In this document: piece by piece, positions 48,223 through 58,400 of the stretch
How positions within the stretch are numbered: position 1 is the first letter of the stretch
Layout of the letters: each line of letters starts with the position of its first letter
NCBI GenBank assembly: GCA_002747695.1
Contig: PDQD01000050.1
Coordinates: 1-63,298 of the forward strand
Reading direction: 5' to 3'
DNA length: 63,298 bases
From: Flavobacteriia bacterium
GTDB taxonomy: Bacteria; Bacteroidota; Bacteroidia; Flavobacteriales; Flavobacteriaceae
The notes under the pieces: model-generated
What the model was told of the DNA's origin: nothing
The model's input: only the letters and a program-made list of their open reading frames with translations
The model's database searches: none
Position numbers and translations under genes: made by a program

Positions 48223-49094
48223 GACTTAGTTTTATTATATTTTTTTTTAAGAATCTGTATGTGTTTAATTTGGTTTGCAAATAAACCACTTTTTTCCGGA
48301 TATTTCAAACTTAATATTTCATAAGCGTTGATGGCGTCGTTATATTTGTTTTGCAGAACGTAAACCCGCGCCAGGGTTTCAGTCATAATGTCCTCGTTAT
48401 CAAATTTTTCCGCTACTTGTTTAGGTGGCGTTACAGGGTTTTTAACGGGTTCAATTTTCGGATTTTTAACTATAAACTCATCTATGAGTTCCATTTTTTC
48501 TTTCAACTTAGAATCTTGTTCAGAGCCCAAAGAACGATCTACCGGTTTAAAACTCGTCAATTGCAGCCACTCATTGAAGGTGTGTAACTCCCCTTTGTTA
48601 AAGTGTTTTGGACTGTGTGCTTCTGTTGTACTGACTACATCATTGTCAGATAATTCAAAGTTTAAGGCTTCATCCGATACATCATCATCTGACACACCGG
48701 TTTCAGAGTTAACCTCTTCTTCCGGTTCTTCCTCTTTGTTTTCGATAATGGGACTATTATGGTCGGGCTCTACCAGCAGTTGTTCTTCAACCTTTTGATC
48801 TATATGACTGATGGTTTCAATAGTCTCTTTTTCTTCCTGAAACTGAGAATAATTGTTAAACACACCCGAAGTGATAAAATCAAATAAAATAGCCCTGTCT
48901 GTAGTGTAAGCAGCCGTAAGTTTTAAATTCTGATTGTACCTGAAACTGTTTTGATTTTTTAATCCTTTGAGGTATAATGCCTTTGCCGCTTGAAAATAAG
49001 GATATTTTTGCACCAAAGACTCTAAGTCATTGGTATGTTGATAGTTTATTGACGAGGGTTTTTCAAGAAGGTATGTAAAATTATTTATAGTCAT
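48219..49094 (-). CDS. Hypothetical protein with acidic linker and C-terminal TPR-like helices
   Basis: D/E-rich middle and a C-terminal ..ARVYVLQNKYNDAINAYEILSLKYPEKS.. ATGA overlap with secG. Start at the ATG at 49094 (verified), but it is uncertain. Confidence 0.4.
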   Translation of the reverse strand: MTINNFTYLLEKPSSINYQHTNDLESLVQKYPYFQAAKALYLKGLKNQNSFRYNQNLKLTAAYTTDRAILFDFITSGVFNNYSQFQEEKETIETISHIDQKVEEQLLVEPDHNSPIIENKEEEPEEEVNSETGVSDDDVSDEALNFELSDNDVVSTTEAHSPKHFNKGELHTFNEWLQLTSFKPVDRSLGSEQDSKLKEKMELIDEFIVKNPKIEPVKNPVTPPKQVAEKFDNEDIMTETLARVYVLQNKYNDAINAYEILSLKYPEKSGLFANQIKHIQILKKKYNKTKS

Positions 49095-49198
49095 GTAAGC
49101 CTCAATAGGGTCAACAAAAATAGGTGTTTTTTTTGACAACGCATAGCATACACTGAAAAACGCTACCCCGAATGATAGCGGCATTTAACAGCAGGTTT

Positions 49199-49702
49199 CT
49201 ACCATTTTGCTATTGTTGCACTAAAAATGTCTTGTGTAATCTGTTCAAATATTTCCTCAAAAGCTTCTTCCAGTGTACCGCCAGTCAATTGTTGATTAGC
49301 ACCATAATCGTAATAGTGTGAGAATTTTTTTTCAAAATTCTCTTCCTCATTCAACGCATTGTAAAACCTGACATTGACCGTAATCGTCAGCCGGTTTTGA
49401 GCGGCTGTTTGATTGGCAGTAGCGGCGGTAGGATTGATGGTATAGTTTGATATTTCACCTTCTATCAATAGCTCACCACCAGAATTGACCAATGTGAGAT
49501 TGCTCTGTCTGACAAATAAGTCTTGTAGGTATTCTGTAAATTTAGGACTTAAAGTAGGTTCAACCAATGGGGCAACATTGGGAAAAAAATCTATCTGGAT
49601 GGTTTTTGCGTCCGTATTTGCACCGGTAAAAGAATAGAAACCACAGGATGACATCAAGAAACCCAGAACTACGATCCATAACATACGTTTTAAAAACCTC
49701 AT
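49199..49702 (-). CDS. lptE: LptE-family LPS-assembly lipoprotein
   Basis: Lipobox LMSSCG, about 165 aa, and the conserved neighbourhood (sigma-54 activator / LptE / secG) in Bacteroidota. Confidence 0.55.
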   Translation of the reverse strand: MRFLKRMLWIVVLGFLMSSCGFYSFTGANTDAKTIQIDFFPNVAPLVEPTLSPKFTEYLQDLFVRQSNLTLVNSGGELLIEGEISNYTINPTAATANQTAAQNRLTITVNVRFYNALNEEENFEKKFSHYYDYGANQQLTGGTLEEAFEEIFEQITQDIFSATIAKW

Positions 49703-49713
49703 AATCTATAATT

Positions 49714-50895
49714 TTAAAGATTGAATTCTTTGATTTTACGGTAAAGTGTACGCTCTGAAATACCCAATTCTTTAGCCACAAGTTTGCGTTTACCCTGATG
49801 CTTTTGCAGCGATTGTTTGATCATTTCAACCTCTTGTTCCTTGAGCGTAAGATGCGTTTCATTTTGATCTTCAACATCCACATAAAGATCGCTTTGATCG
49901 TCTATATCTATATAATCACTCTCTTTGGGGCTGGTAAAGGTCTCCGGAATACCAGGTGATATATTGGATTTCGACTGGAGAAGGTCCACTGTTAGTTTTT
50001 TCAATTCATCGAGTTCTTTACGCATCTCAAAAATGATATTGTATATGATTTCACGTTCAGCTTTATAATCAAACTCAGAGGTTTGACCCGTGATTACACT
50101 GGGTAATTGACTGGCAAAATGAGGTAAATATTCTTTGAGCTTTTCTCCGGAAATACTGCGATTTGTTTCTACGACAGACAGTTGTTCTGCGATATTGCGC
50201 AATTGTCTGATGTTTCCGGGAAAATGATAACGGGTCAGTATTTGTACAGCATCATCCGTCAGTTGTACAGCGGGCATATGATATTTTTGGGCAAAATCAT
50301 AGGCAAATTTTCTGAACAACAGATGAATATCCCCTTTACGGTCTCTTAGTGGCGGTAAACTGATCTCAATAGTGCTTAACCTGTAGTAAAGATCTTCTCT
50401 GAATTTTCCTTTTTTTATGGCTTCAGCCATATTGATATTGGTTGCCGCTACAATACGGATATCGGTTTTTTGAACTTTTGACGAACCTACTTTCATAAAT
50501 TCGCCGTTTTCCAATACCCTGAGCAACCGTACCTGTGTAGTAACAGGCAGTTCCCCCACTTCATCCAAAAATATAGTACCACCATCTGCTTCTTCAAAAT
50601 AACCCTGTCTGGTAGTCGTTGCACCGGTAAAAGCCCCTTTTTCATGACCGAACAATTCACTGTCTATGGTTCCTTCCGGAATTGCACCACAGTTTACGGC
50701 TATGTATTTGGCGTGTTTACGGTGCGATAGTGTATGAATAATTTTTGGAATGCTTTCTTTTCCCACCCCACTTTCACCGATGACCAAAACAGAGATATCG
50801 GTTGGCGCTACTTGTTTGGATTTTTCAAGTGCTCTGTTCAGCATAGGATCATTACCTATGATTCCAAAACGTTGTTTAATGGCCTGTATATCCAT
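49714..50895 (-). CDS. Sigma-54-dependent transcriptional activator lacking an N-terminal sensory/receiver domain
   Basis: The AAA+ core starts about residue 10 (..GESGVGKE.., GAFTGA, ..ATN.. RFREDLYYRL). C-terminal Fis-type HTH ..VAKELGISERTLYRKIKEF.. Start at the ATG at 50895 (verified). Confidence 0.85.
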   Translation of the reverse strand: MDIQAIKQRFGIIGNDPMLNRALEKSKQVAPTDISVLVIGESGVGKESIPKIIHTLSHRKHAKYIAVNCGAIPEGTIDSELFGHEKGAFTGATTTRQGYFEEADGGTIFLDEVGELPVTTQVRLLRVLENGEFMKVGSSKVQKTDIRIVAATNINMAEAIKKGKFREDLYYRLSTIEISLPPLRDRKGDIHLLFRKFAYDFAQKYHMPAVQLTDDAVQILTRYHFPGNIRQLRNIAEQLSVVETNRSISGEKLKEYLPHFASQLPSVITGQTSEFDYKAEREIIYNIIFEMRKELDELKKLTVDLLQSKSNISPGIPETFTSPKESDYIDIDDQSDLYVDVEDQNETHLTLKEQEVEMIKQSLQKHQGKRKLVAKELGISERTLYRKIKEFNL

Positions 50896-50903
50896 AGTTA
50901 TTA

Positions 50904-52340
50904 TTATATTGCTGTTCCAATTAATGTGGCAGAAGTACACTCCTCTACCTTAACTTTCACAAAATCCCCCACAGTTTCTTGTCCCGTTTTTGGGAAAACA
51001 ACAACAGCATTTTGTGAATTTCTACCCATCCAGTGCTTATCAGATTTTTTTGAATTCCCTTCTATCAGCACTTCTACGGTTTTACCAATAAACTGTTGCA
51101 TACGGTATAAACCGTGTTCCTGTTGCTTTTGAATAATCTCATTGAGACGACGTTTTTTAGTAGCTAAAGGCACATCGTCTTCCATACGTTTTTCAGCCGG
51201 TGTACCCGGTCTTTTGCTGTAAGCAAACATGAATCCAAAGTCGTATTTCACATAATCCATCAGGCTCAAAGTCTCAGCGTGTTCTTCTTCGGTTTCACCA
51301 CAGAAACCGGCTATCATATCCTGAGAAATGGCACAATCCGGCAGAATTCTTCTGATATTATCTATCAAAGCCATATACTCTTCTCTGGTATGCTTGCGAT
51401 TCATACGCTCTAACACACTGGTACTACCACTTTGCACCGGCAAATGAATGTATTTACAGATATTCTCATGCTGCGCCATGGTTTCCAGAACGTTCAATTT
51501 CATATCCTGAGGATTGGAAGTAGAAAATCTAAACCTCATGTCAGGAAAACTAACGGCACATAAATCTAACAACTGTGCAAAATCAACAGCGTTCTCCTGA
51601 GCTTCTTTTGTGGCTTTTTTAAAGTCCTTTTTTAAGCCTCCGCCATACCATAAATAACTGTCCACATTTTGCCCTAACAGGGTTACTTCTTTATAGTTTT
51701 GATCAGCCAATGCCCGGATTTCCTTGATGATACTTTCCGGGTCGCGGCTGCGTTCCCTGCCACGTGTATAAGGCACAACACAAAACGTACACATATTATC
51801 ACAACCTCTCATAATTGACACAAAAGCCGTGACGCCGTTTGAATTTAGCCGGACAGGCGCTATATCTGCATAAGTTTCTTCTTTGGATAACAAGACATTG
51901 ACCGCCTCACGACCACTGTCAACTTCCTGAAGTAAGTGAGGCAGATCCCTGTAAGCATCGGGGCCTACAACCAAATCTACCATTTGCTCTTCTTCGAGAA
52001 ACTTTTCTTTGAGTCTTTCTGCCATACAACCCATAACCCCAATAGTCATCTGCGGATTAATCTTTTTGACGGCATTGTATTTTTCCAGACGTTTACGAAC
52101 TGTCTGTTCTGCTTTTTCCCTGATAGAACAAGTATTGACCAATACGAGGTCTGCCTGTTCCATGAGAAAGGTTGTATTGTAACCATTGTCGGAAAGTATG
52201 GAAGCCACAATCTCAGAATCATTAAGATTCATCTGGCAACCATAACTCTCTATATACACCTTCTTGGCGTTTTCCGGACGAACATCTGTAATCAGCGCCT
52301 GTCCTTGTTTTTTCTCGTCTATTATTTGTTGTCCTGACAT
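50904..52340 (-). CDS. miaB: tRNA-i6A37 methylthiotransferase MiaB
   Basis: UPF0004 domain (..YGCQMN..DSE...), radical-SAM CDNMCTFCVVP, C-terminal TRAM. Start at the ATG at 52340 (verified). Confidence 0.9.
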   Translation of the reverse strand: MSGQQIIDEKKQGQALITDVRPENAKKVYIESYGCQMNLNDSEIVASILSDNGYNTTFLMEQADLVLVNTCSIREKAEQTVRKRLEKYNAVKKINPQMTIGVMGCMAERLKEKFLEEEQMVDLVVGPDAYRDLPHLLQEVDSGREAVNVLLSKEETYADIAPVRLNSNGVTAFVSIMRGCDNMCTFCVVPYTRGRERSRDPESIIKEIRALADQNYKEVTLLGQNVDSYLWYGGGLKKDFKKATKEAQENAVDFAQLLDLCAVSFPDMRFRFSTSNPQDMKLNVLETMAQHENICKYIHLPVQSGSTSVLERMNRKHTREEYMALIDNIRRILPDCAISQDMIAGFCGETEEEHAETLSLMDYVKYDFGFMFAYSKRPGTPAEKRMEDDVPLATKKRRLNEIIQKQQEHGLYRMQQFIGKTVEVLIEGNSKKSDKHWMGRNSQNAVVVFPKTGQETVGDFVKVKVEECTSATLIGTAI

Positions 52341-52635
52341 GTCGTAGTTTTTAGATGGGCAAATATACGCTATAACTTTACATCTGACAAAATGACAGTT
52401 ATAATTAAGAGCCACCGGCAAGACCAGTAAGACCTTGTCTCATGGGCTTATCATTTTTCAGCCTGCCAACAACCAACATAAAAACCTCATAATGTGATTT
52501 TTACAATCAAACAATTCACATCAATAAAAAAAACGTTAAATCTGGCGGCTTTTGAAAGTCTCCCCGATAATAAGTGGTTTTTTTCCCTCAAAAACCCTTA
52601 ACTGATACGGGTTAAACGTTATAAATACAGCGCTG

Positions 52636-53160
52636 TTAAAACAAATCAGCTACTTCTTGTTTTATAAAGGTTATGGCATGCTTGGTTGAGGATTGTTCAT
52701 TGAGTCCTTCCAAAAGCACTGATTCATGAAATGTAGCAGCATCGGGGTTATCTGTTGAAACAGCATGGTCTTTTAACAGTTTGATGATACTGTTTTTTGA
52801 CGTTGTGATAAGATCCCATGCGGTTGTACTCATATATATTTGCTGGGTTAAATTGTGCTGAAATTCATTCTCTACAGCATCAATCAGCACTTGTAAATAA
52901 AGCATCTTATCATCTGTTGCAGACGGAGGCATACGCAGTAATAATTTATTAGGCGTAATACGCTCTAAAAACAAGACCATCCGTTCATAGGCTTGTAAAC
53001 GTCGCTCCAAACTCTGCTGACTCATGTCTTTGCTGAACTGCGCCCGTTTTAATTGCAAATGATAATTGAAGAATTTATAGAGAATAGCATAAACTGTAGC
53101 ACCCACAATAAGTGCCGGCAGTGAATAAGCGATAACCTGAGACAATAATTCTTTATCCAT
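52636..53160 (-). CDS. Hypothetical membrane-anchored protein
   Basis: 174 aa with a single N-terminal TM (AYSLPALIVGATVYAILY). No recognisable motif. Confidence 0.4.
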   Translation of the reverse strand: MDKELLSQVIAYSLPALIVGATVYAILYKFFNYHLQLKRAQFSKDMSQQSLERRLQAYERMVLFLERITPNKLLLRMPPSATDDKMLYLQVLIDAVENEFQHNLTQQIYMSTTAWDLITTSKNSIIKLLKDHAVSTDNPDAATFHESVLLEGLNEQSSTKHAITFIKQEVADLF

Positions 53161-53186
53161 AAGAATAGTTGATGTGATTGATATGA

Positions 53187-55595
53187 TTAAAAAACGGCTT
53201 TAACAGTCATGATATAATTACGACCGGGAGCGGCAATACCTGAGCTGTAAGGTCTGTAGCGTTGATCTGTAATATTTTCAAGGCCCACACCTATGGTAAA
53301 ACCGGAGTTGATCGTATAATTAGCTTTCAGATTTAATGTGTACCATGAAGGCGCATAAGGATTGCCATTGGCATCCTTGGCATATAAATAAGATTTTTCT
53401 GCTTCTTCCCTGGGCATATTATCAAAGGATTTTTCTGCCATATAGGTAGTATAAAGCTGCATATAGAGTTTATTCGCATTATAAGTGATACGCGTTGTCC
53501 CGTAGGATGGCGGCGCATGTCTGGAAGGGCTTGTAGTACCGTCACTGAGCTCCTCTATACCTTTTTGAATGTTATAATCTGATGACAGCCCCAAACCATT
53601 GGGTAACTTGATTTCGAAACCGGCTTGCACACCAAAGACTCTTGCAAAGGCAGCATTTTGTATGGCCTGCACATCACTGAGTGTACCGTCATACATGATT
53701 TGGGTTTCGCCGTTGAGGTTGAAATCCCGTCTGACCAATGCATCTTTGAGATAAGTGGCATATCCGGTAGCTTCCAGCTTGATGATTTTATTGAATATAC
53801 GGGCAACACCTACATCAATATTATAAGCGTATTCAGGTTTGAGATCCGGATTGGGCACCACTACACTACCGGGTGCAGAATCAAATATCTTACCTATATC
53901 ATCTACATTAGGAGCTCTGTAAGCAGTAGCAACATTGGCATTAAAAACCAGATTGAATCGGGGTTTATACACAAATCCCAGACTACCGGTCAAGGCACCA
54001 TTATTATTGGTTATGCGGTCAAATGGCAGAGGAAAAAATCTGGTATCAAAAGTCGAATTGATATGATAATAGCCATACCGCAATCCCAGTTGTGATTTAA
54101 GTTTATCGGAAAACTCGTGTTGTGCCGTGGCATAAATGCCGTAATTGGTCCATATAGAATTGGGATAACGCGAATCAGTTGCTTGCGTTTCCATCGTAGA
54201 TATGTTGTGTTTTTCCCCTACAGAATTCACATCATTGGTCACCCACTCAATACCATAAAACAATTTATCTTTCTCTGATAAATCTTTGTATAAATCAAAA
54301 TTGACTGAATAAGCATTGACTTTTTCTACTCTGGTTTTTCTCGTGTCTTTGTTAAATTTTCTATTGATACGGCTTTCTTCAAAGTATTGATGAGCTAAAC
54401 GCAGTTCTGCCCCATTGAACCATTTGTTATCCTTCTTAATACTGAGGTTTAATAAGTTCATCATCCATTTTTGAGGCCCGTAATACCATTCTGCAAATTT
54501 TGGTTGTTGGTTATCATCGGAAATAATTAAACGGTCATAACGATCTACAGCCGATACTTCTGAATAATGAAAACTGTAATTGAGATCCCATTGATCATTA
54601 GGTTTAAACCTGACTTTTTGCATAAGGTTATACTGAGAATAGCCGGAAGGGCTTTGGCTATTGACTTTGGTGTTTGCAACACTGACATCTATATTGTCTA
54701 TACGACGTATATTAAAGGGTTTGATATAGTCATCCGGGCCATATGTTCCCATACGTAAATCTTCATAGTTGTTATACGACAGACTGGTCAGCATACTCCA
54801 GCGCCGGGTACCAAGATTCACGTCAAAATGACCTGTAGTCTCCATGTTGGCACTGGAAAGTCTCAAATCGGCTTGCCCGTCAATCAAGAGCTTATCACTA
54901 ACCGATAATCGAGGCGTAAGCGTTTTAAAACTCATCACTCCTCCTATGGCATCACTCCCGTAAATCACCGAGCCAGGGCCAAAAACAACTTCGGCTTTTT
55001 CCATACTGTAAGGATCCAAAGAGATGACATTTTGGATGTTTCCGGATCTGAAAATAGCAGTATTCATTCTTACGCCATCAACTGTGTAAAGCAAACGATT
55101 GGTCGCAAACCCTCTTATCATAGGGCTTCCTCCGCCTTGTTGACTTTTTTGAACATAAACTTTTCCTGACACACTCAAAAGGTCGGCTGCAGTCTGTGGT
55201 TGGTACAATTGGGTCGTTTTGGGATTGATAGCAACAATAGTAGCCGGTGTGTCATACGTATGTTGATTCCACCTTGTCGCTGATATCACAACTTCTTCCA
55301 TATTTAAAAAAGAAGGTACCATATCGATGATGAATTGTTGCTCTCTGATAGTACCCAAATCGACAACTTGGGTTTCATAACCCAAATAACTTATTTCTAT
55401 GGCGTTGTGTTCATCAAAATCTGAGAGGTTGGCCTTACCCTGAGCATTAGTTGTCGTATAAACATCCGGTTTTGCACTCAATAAAACAACATACTCCAAA
55501 GGCTCACCGGTAGATTTATCTTTGATGGTTACAGTCTGCGCTAATGTACTTGTGGTATATAATATTAAAATGAAAAAAGTTAATAACCTTGTCAT
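53187..55595 (-). CDS. TonB-dependent receptor (carboxypeptidase-regulatory-like N-domain + plug + barrel)
   Basis: Signal peptide. Plug motifs ..GGGSPMIRGF..NRLLYTVDGVRMN...RSGNIQNV..., reminiscent of heme/hemoglobin-type receptors. Terminal ..VKAVF. Confidence 0.9.
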   Translation of the reverse strand: MTRLLTFFILILYTTSTLAQTVTIKDKSTGEPLEYVVLLSAKPDVYTTTNAQGKANLSDFDEHNAIEISYLGYETQVVDLGTIREQQFIIDMVPSFLNMEEVVISATRWNQHTYDTPATIVAINPKTTQLYQPQTAADLLSVSGKVYVQKSQQGGGSPMIRGFATNRLLYTVDGVRMNTAIFRSGNIQNVISLDPYSMEKAEVVFGPGSVIYGSDAIGGVMSFKTLTPRLSVSDKLLIDGQADLRLSSANMETTGHFDVNLGTRRWSMLTSLSYNNYEDLRMGTYGPDDYIKPFNIRRIDNIDVSVANTKVNSQSPSGYSQYNLMQKVRFKPNDQWDLNYSFHYSEVSAVDRYDRLIISDDNQQPKFAEWYYGPQKWMMNLLNLSIKKDNKWFNGAELRLAHQYFEESRINRKFNKDTRKTRVEKVNAYSVNFDLYKDLSEKDKLFYGIEWVTNDVNSVGEKHNISTMETQATDSRYPNSIWTNYGIYATAQHEFSDKLKSQLGLRYGYYHINSTFDTRFFPLPFDRITNNNGALTGSLGFVYKPRFNLVFNANVATAYRAPNVDDIGKIFDSAPGSVVVPNPDLKPEYAYNIDVGVARIFNKIIKLEATGYATYLKDALVRRDFNLNGETQIMYDGTLSDVQAIQNAAFARVFGVQAGFEIKLPNGLGLSSDYNIQKGIEELSDGTTSPSRHAPPSYGTTRITYNANKLYMQLYTTYMAEKSFDNMPREEAEKSYLYAKDANGNPYAPSWYTLNLKANYTINSGFTIGVGLENITDQRYRPYSSGIAAPGRNYIMTVKAVF

Positions 55596-55938
55596 CTAAG
55601 TCTATGCTTTACAATTAAATCATTCTATCATCAAAAACCACACCAAATTATCTGCTTCGACCTATATTAAATTCACCATTCAGGTTTGACAACCTAAGAC
55701 ACTTATTGAGAGCTAAGTAAATGTTGATAACTTTTAAACTGCTTTTCAAGACATCTATCATATGACCGTACTGACAACCATTAATACCTCTTGAAACTTC
55801 ACATCAATTTAAACTACTTAAAACTATTATATTGACAAGCCCTGATACAGTAACCGGACTTATTGCATTGTTTTATAATATCATCTATGGCAAAGCTTAT
55901 GGGAGAAGTAGCCTGACAACAGTCTTGACACAAAAACA

Positions 55939-57126
55939 TTAATTGTCGAATTCTTGTTGGTCAATGAATTGCAACAATTTAGATTTAAAGTCTTTTAAGC
56001 CATATTGAACAAACAAACTGTCTGCAGGAAAGGGTTGTTCTTTATTTTGTAGTGCCTTGTAATACTTTTGATCAATAGCGCGTTGATCCCCTCTATACTG
56101 CCCGTAAACATTTTCATATTTGGCCTCACCCTGAACAGTCACAGGCGTACTAAGCATATTATTTTTCAGATTCCTGACACTGATATCACCTTTGACAATA
56201 CCTTGTTTGACCTGTTGAAAAAGTCGCACTTCTGCCTGAACGGTAATAATTTTTTGCTGTTTGACGTCATTCCCATTCTCATCTTTCATAACATTGCCAT
56301 TGCTGTCATACACATACTCCCAACCATCTGCAATGCGTTTTTGTTGAGGAACAACTTCAGTATTAACTTCTCCGGGAGTCATCTGCACTTCATTAAGATT
56401 GATCGTCACCTGATAATCATAGGATTTTACAGGGTCTTTTTCGCGGTCAAAGATAACCCACGGGTTATTCATGGCTGCCCCGCTGACACGCGTCAGTTCC
56501 TCAATGTCTTCTACAGACGTATGAGACGCAATCCCATTATTGGCTTTCAACAACACCAGTGAACTACCTCTGGCTTTGGCAGTAGAGATTAACGTCTGAA
56601 GATCAGAGGTGTAATCCGGAGACGCAAACTGCAAGTCTCCCAGTAATTGATAGGCTTTACGCGCATTTTGTTTACCACCGGCTGCCAGTTTTTGCTGGGC
56701 TTGTTGGTATAAATAATCTGCATAAGTCTTCTTTGAAGTCTTTATTTTATCAGCATAATCAACCAGATCAAATGCAACCTCTTTACCTTTATAATATAAG
56801 GGTTGTAAAGCCCTTACCTGATATTGTCTCGCATCTAATTTTTCGTATAACGCATAAATTTTCTTTAACCGCTCAGGTGATTGTTCCTTTTGTAATGACT
56901 GTATCCGGGCAAGATCCCGGGCATTGGCTTTGTCAAATGTCTCTTTATAACTCTGGACTAATTCGTCATTATTCTTATTTTCTTTGAGTTGATTATACGT
57001 TAAGTCCAAGGCTGTATCGTAATTACCCTCAGAAATATTCTGTTTAATCTTTTGACTTGTACTACAAGCACCCAATAAGGTAAAAGCACTGACAATGATC
57101 AGATACAATCCCAATCTCATGGTCAT
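55939..57126 (-). CDS. Hypothetical lipoprotein
   Basis: Lipobox TLLGAC, 395 aa, helical N-terminal half and beta-rich C-terminal half. No recognised family. Confidence 0.45.
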   Translation of the reverse strand: MTMRLGLYLIIVSAFTLLGACSTSQKIKQNISEGNYDTALDLTYNQLKENKNNDELVQSYKETFDKANARDLARIQSLQKEQSPERLKKIYALYEKLDARQYQVRALQPLYYKGKEVAFDLVDYADKIKTSKKTYADYLYQQAQQKLAAGGKQNARKAYQLLGDLQFASPDYTSDLQTLISTAKARGSSLVLLKANNGIASHTSVEDIEELTRVSGAAMNNPWVIFDREKDPVKSYDYQVTINLNEVQMTPGEVNTEVVPQQKRIADGWEYVYDSNGNVMKDENGNDVKQQKIITVQAEVRLFQQVKQGIVKGDISVRNLKNNMLSTPVTVQGEAKYENVYGQYRGDQRAIDQKYYKALQNKEQPFPADSLFVQYGLKDFKSKLLQFIDQQEFDN

Positions 57127-57173
57127 TTGGTATTAAAAATTATTAAATAGACAGACAATCTGTTGGGCAGACG

Positions 57174-57785
57174 TTAAGAATCTTTGGAAAGCTCGTTGAT
57201 TTTTCGCTCTGCATCCAGTACTTTTCTATTGAGAACCTGCTCTCGCTCCAATGCTTTAGTGCGCGCTGTATTAAATTCTTCATCCAACTCATTAAACCTG
57301 TCAATAGCATCTTTAGTGACCTTATGCGCGTTTTTATACTGGTAGAAATAATACAACGTGAAAACAATTGCTAAAGCTATCAATGACCAAAGTATGATAT
57401 GATAGGTGCTTTTCTCCATAGAAGTTCCCAAAAAATGTACTTTATCTTTTCTGGAATTAATCTTTTCCAATGACTCAACTTTCTGATTCAAACTATCAAT
57501 AACCATATTATGAGATGACAAGTCATCGGTAAGCGCTTTGATAGAACGACGGGTTTGAACCAAACTGTCAGATAAGTGTTTTCTTACCCTGCGCAACCAG
57601 TCTTTTTTAATAACTTTATACTCTCGGTACGAATCAGAATTATTGGATAAAAAATCATATTGATCCAACAAGCTTAGTGTATCTGCCGAAGCAATATTAT
57701 TATTTCTGACTTTATAATTACTTCTTTCTTGTGCAATAGTTGCAAGACTCAATAGAAGTGCAATCAATGTAAATCTTATACTCAT
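57174..57785 (-). CDS. Hypothetical coiled-coil membrane protein
   Basis: Signal peptide, coiled-coil segments, one TM (IILWSLIALAIVFTLYYF). Confidence 0.4.
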   Translation of the reverse strand: MSIRFTLIALLLSLATIAQERSNYKVRNNNIASADTLSLLDQYDFLSNNSDSYREYKVIKKDWLRRVRKHLSDSLVQTRRSIKALTDDLSSHNMVIDSLNQKVESLEKINSRKDKVHFLGTSMEKSTYHIILWSLIALAIVFTLYYFYQYKNAHKVTKDAIDRFNELDEEFNTARTKALEREQVLNRKVLDAERKINELSKDS

Positions 57786-57796
57786 AATTTTCCGGG

Positions 57797-58207
57797 TTAT
57801 TGATAATATAAATATGATTGTAAAATGAGCGTAGCACTGATTTCGTCCACCAATGCCTTATCTCTTCTTTTTTTCTTTTTCATCCCTGAATCAATCATGG
57901 ATTGAAAAGCTATTTTAGATGTAAAACGTTCATCTACCCTTTTTATTGGGATATCAGGAAATTTTTCTGTGAATTTCTTGATAAACTCCTGTATAGCATC
58001 CTCTACCTGCCCCTTTTTATTCTGTAATGTCTTAGGCTGACCTATCAATAACAGACCAACATTGTTCTCTTTGAGGTAATCTGACAAAAAATCATCTAAG
58101 TCAGTCGTCGCTACTGTCGTGAGCCCACTGGCTATGATTTGTAATTCATCGGTGATTGCTATACCGGTACGCACCATACCGTAATCTAATGCCATAATTG
58201 CAGCCAT
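57797..58207 (-). CDS. ruvX: Holliday-junction resolvase-like / pre-16S rRNA nuclease RuvX (YqgF)
   Basis: ..MALDYGMVRTGIA.TD........L and ..VDERFTS..A. The start is either ATG 58207 or ATG 58195. Confidence 0.8.
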   Translation of the reverse strand: MAAIMALDYGMVRTGIAITDELQIIASGLTTVATTDLDDFLSDYLKENNVGLLLIGQPKTLQNKKGQVEDAIQEFIKKFTEKFPDIPIKRVDERFTSKIAFQSMIDSGMKKKKRRDKALVDEISATLILQSYLYYQ

Positions 58208-58367
58208 ATCACAAAAATACATGATTTTTATCAATCTGTTTATTTTTTATTGTTCAAAGGGCTGTAACACCAATATAAATTACCATTCAACAAATCAAAA
58301 TCTCCCCCATAAATCAAATGTCATCAGAGAAGAATGAGCGCCCATGAGACTGACATCTAAATTATTG

Positions 58368-58375
58368 TATCTTTG
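58368..58375 (+). promoter_or_regulatory. Candidate -7 box (TATCTTTG) for prfC
   Basis: Exact TAnnTTTG match, 25 nt upstream of the ATG at 58401. Confidence 0.35.
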
Positions 58376-58400
58376 CCCGCTCTAAACGCCAGATGAAATT

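Noticed and set aside
55600-55640. The GAT-rich sequence TGATGATAGAATGATTTAAT just upstream of the TonB receptor start, considered as a Fur box.
   Set aside because: It aligns poorly to GATAATGATAATCATTATC, and the Bacteroidota Fur consensus is not something I can verify from memory. I leave it as an untested possibility.
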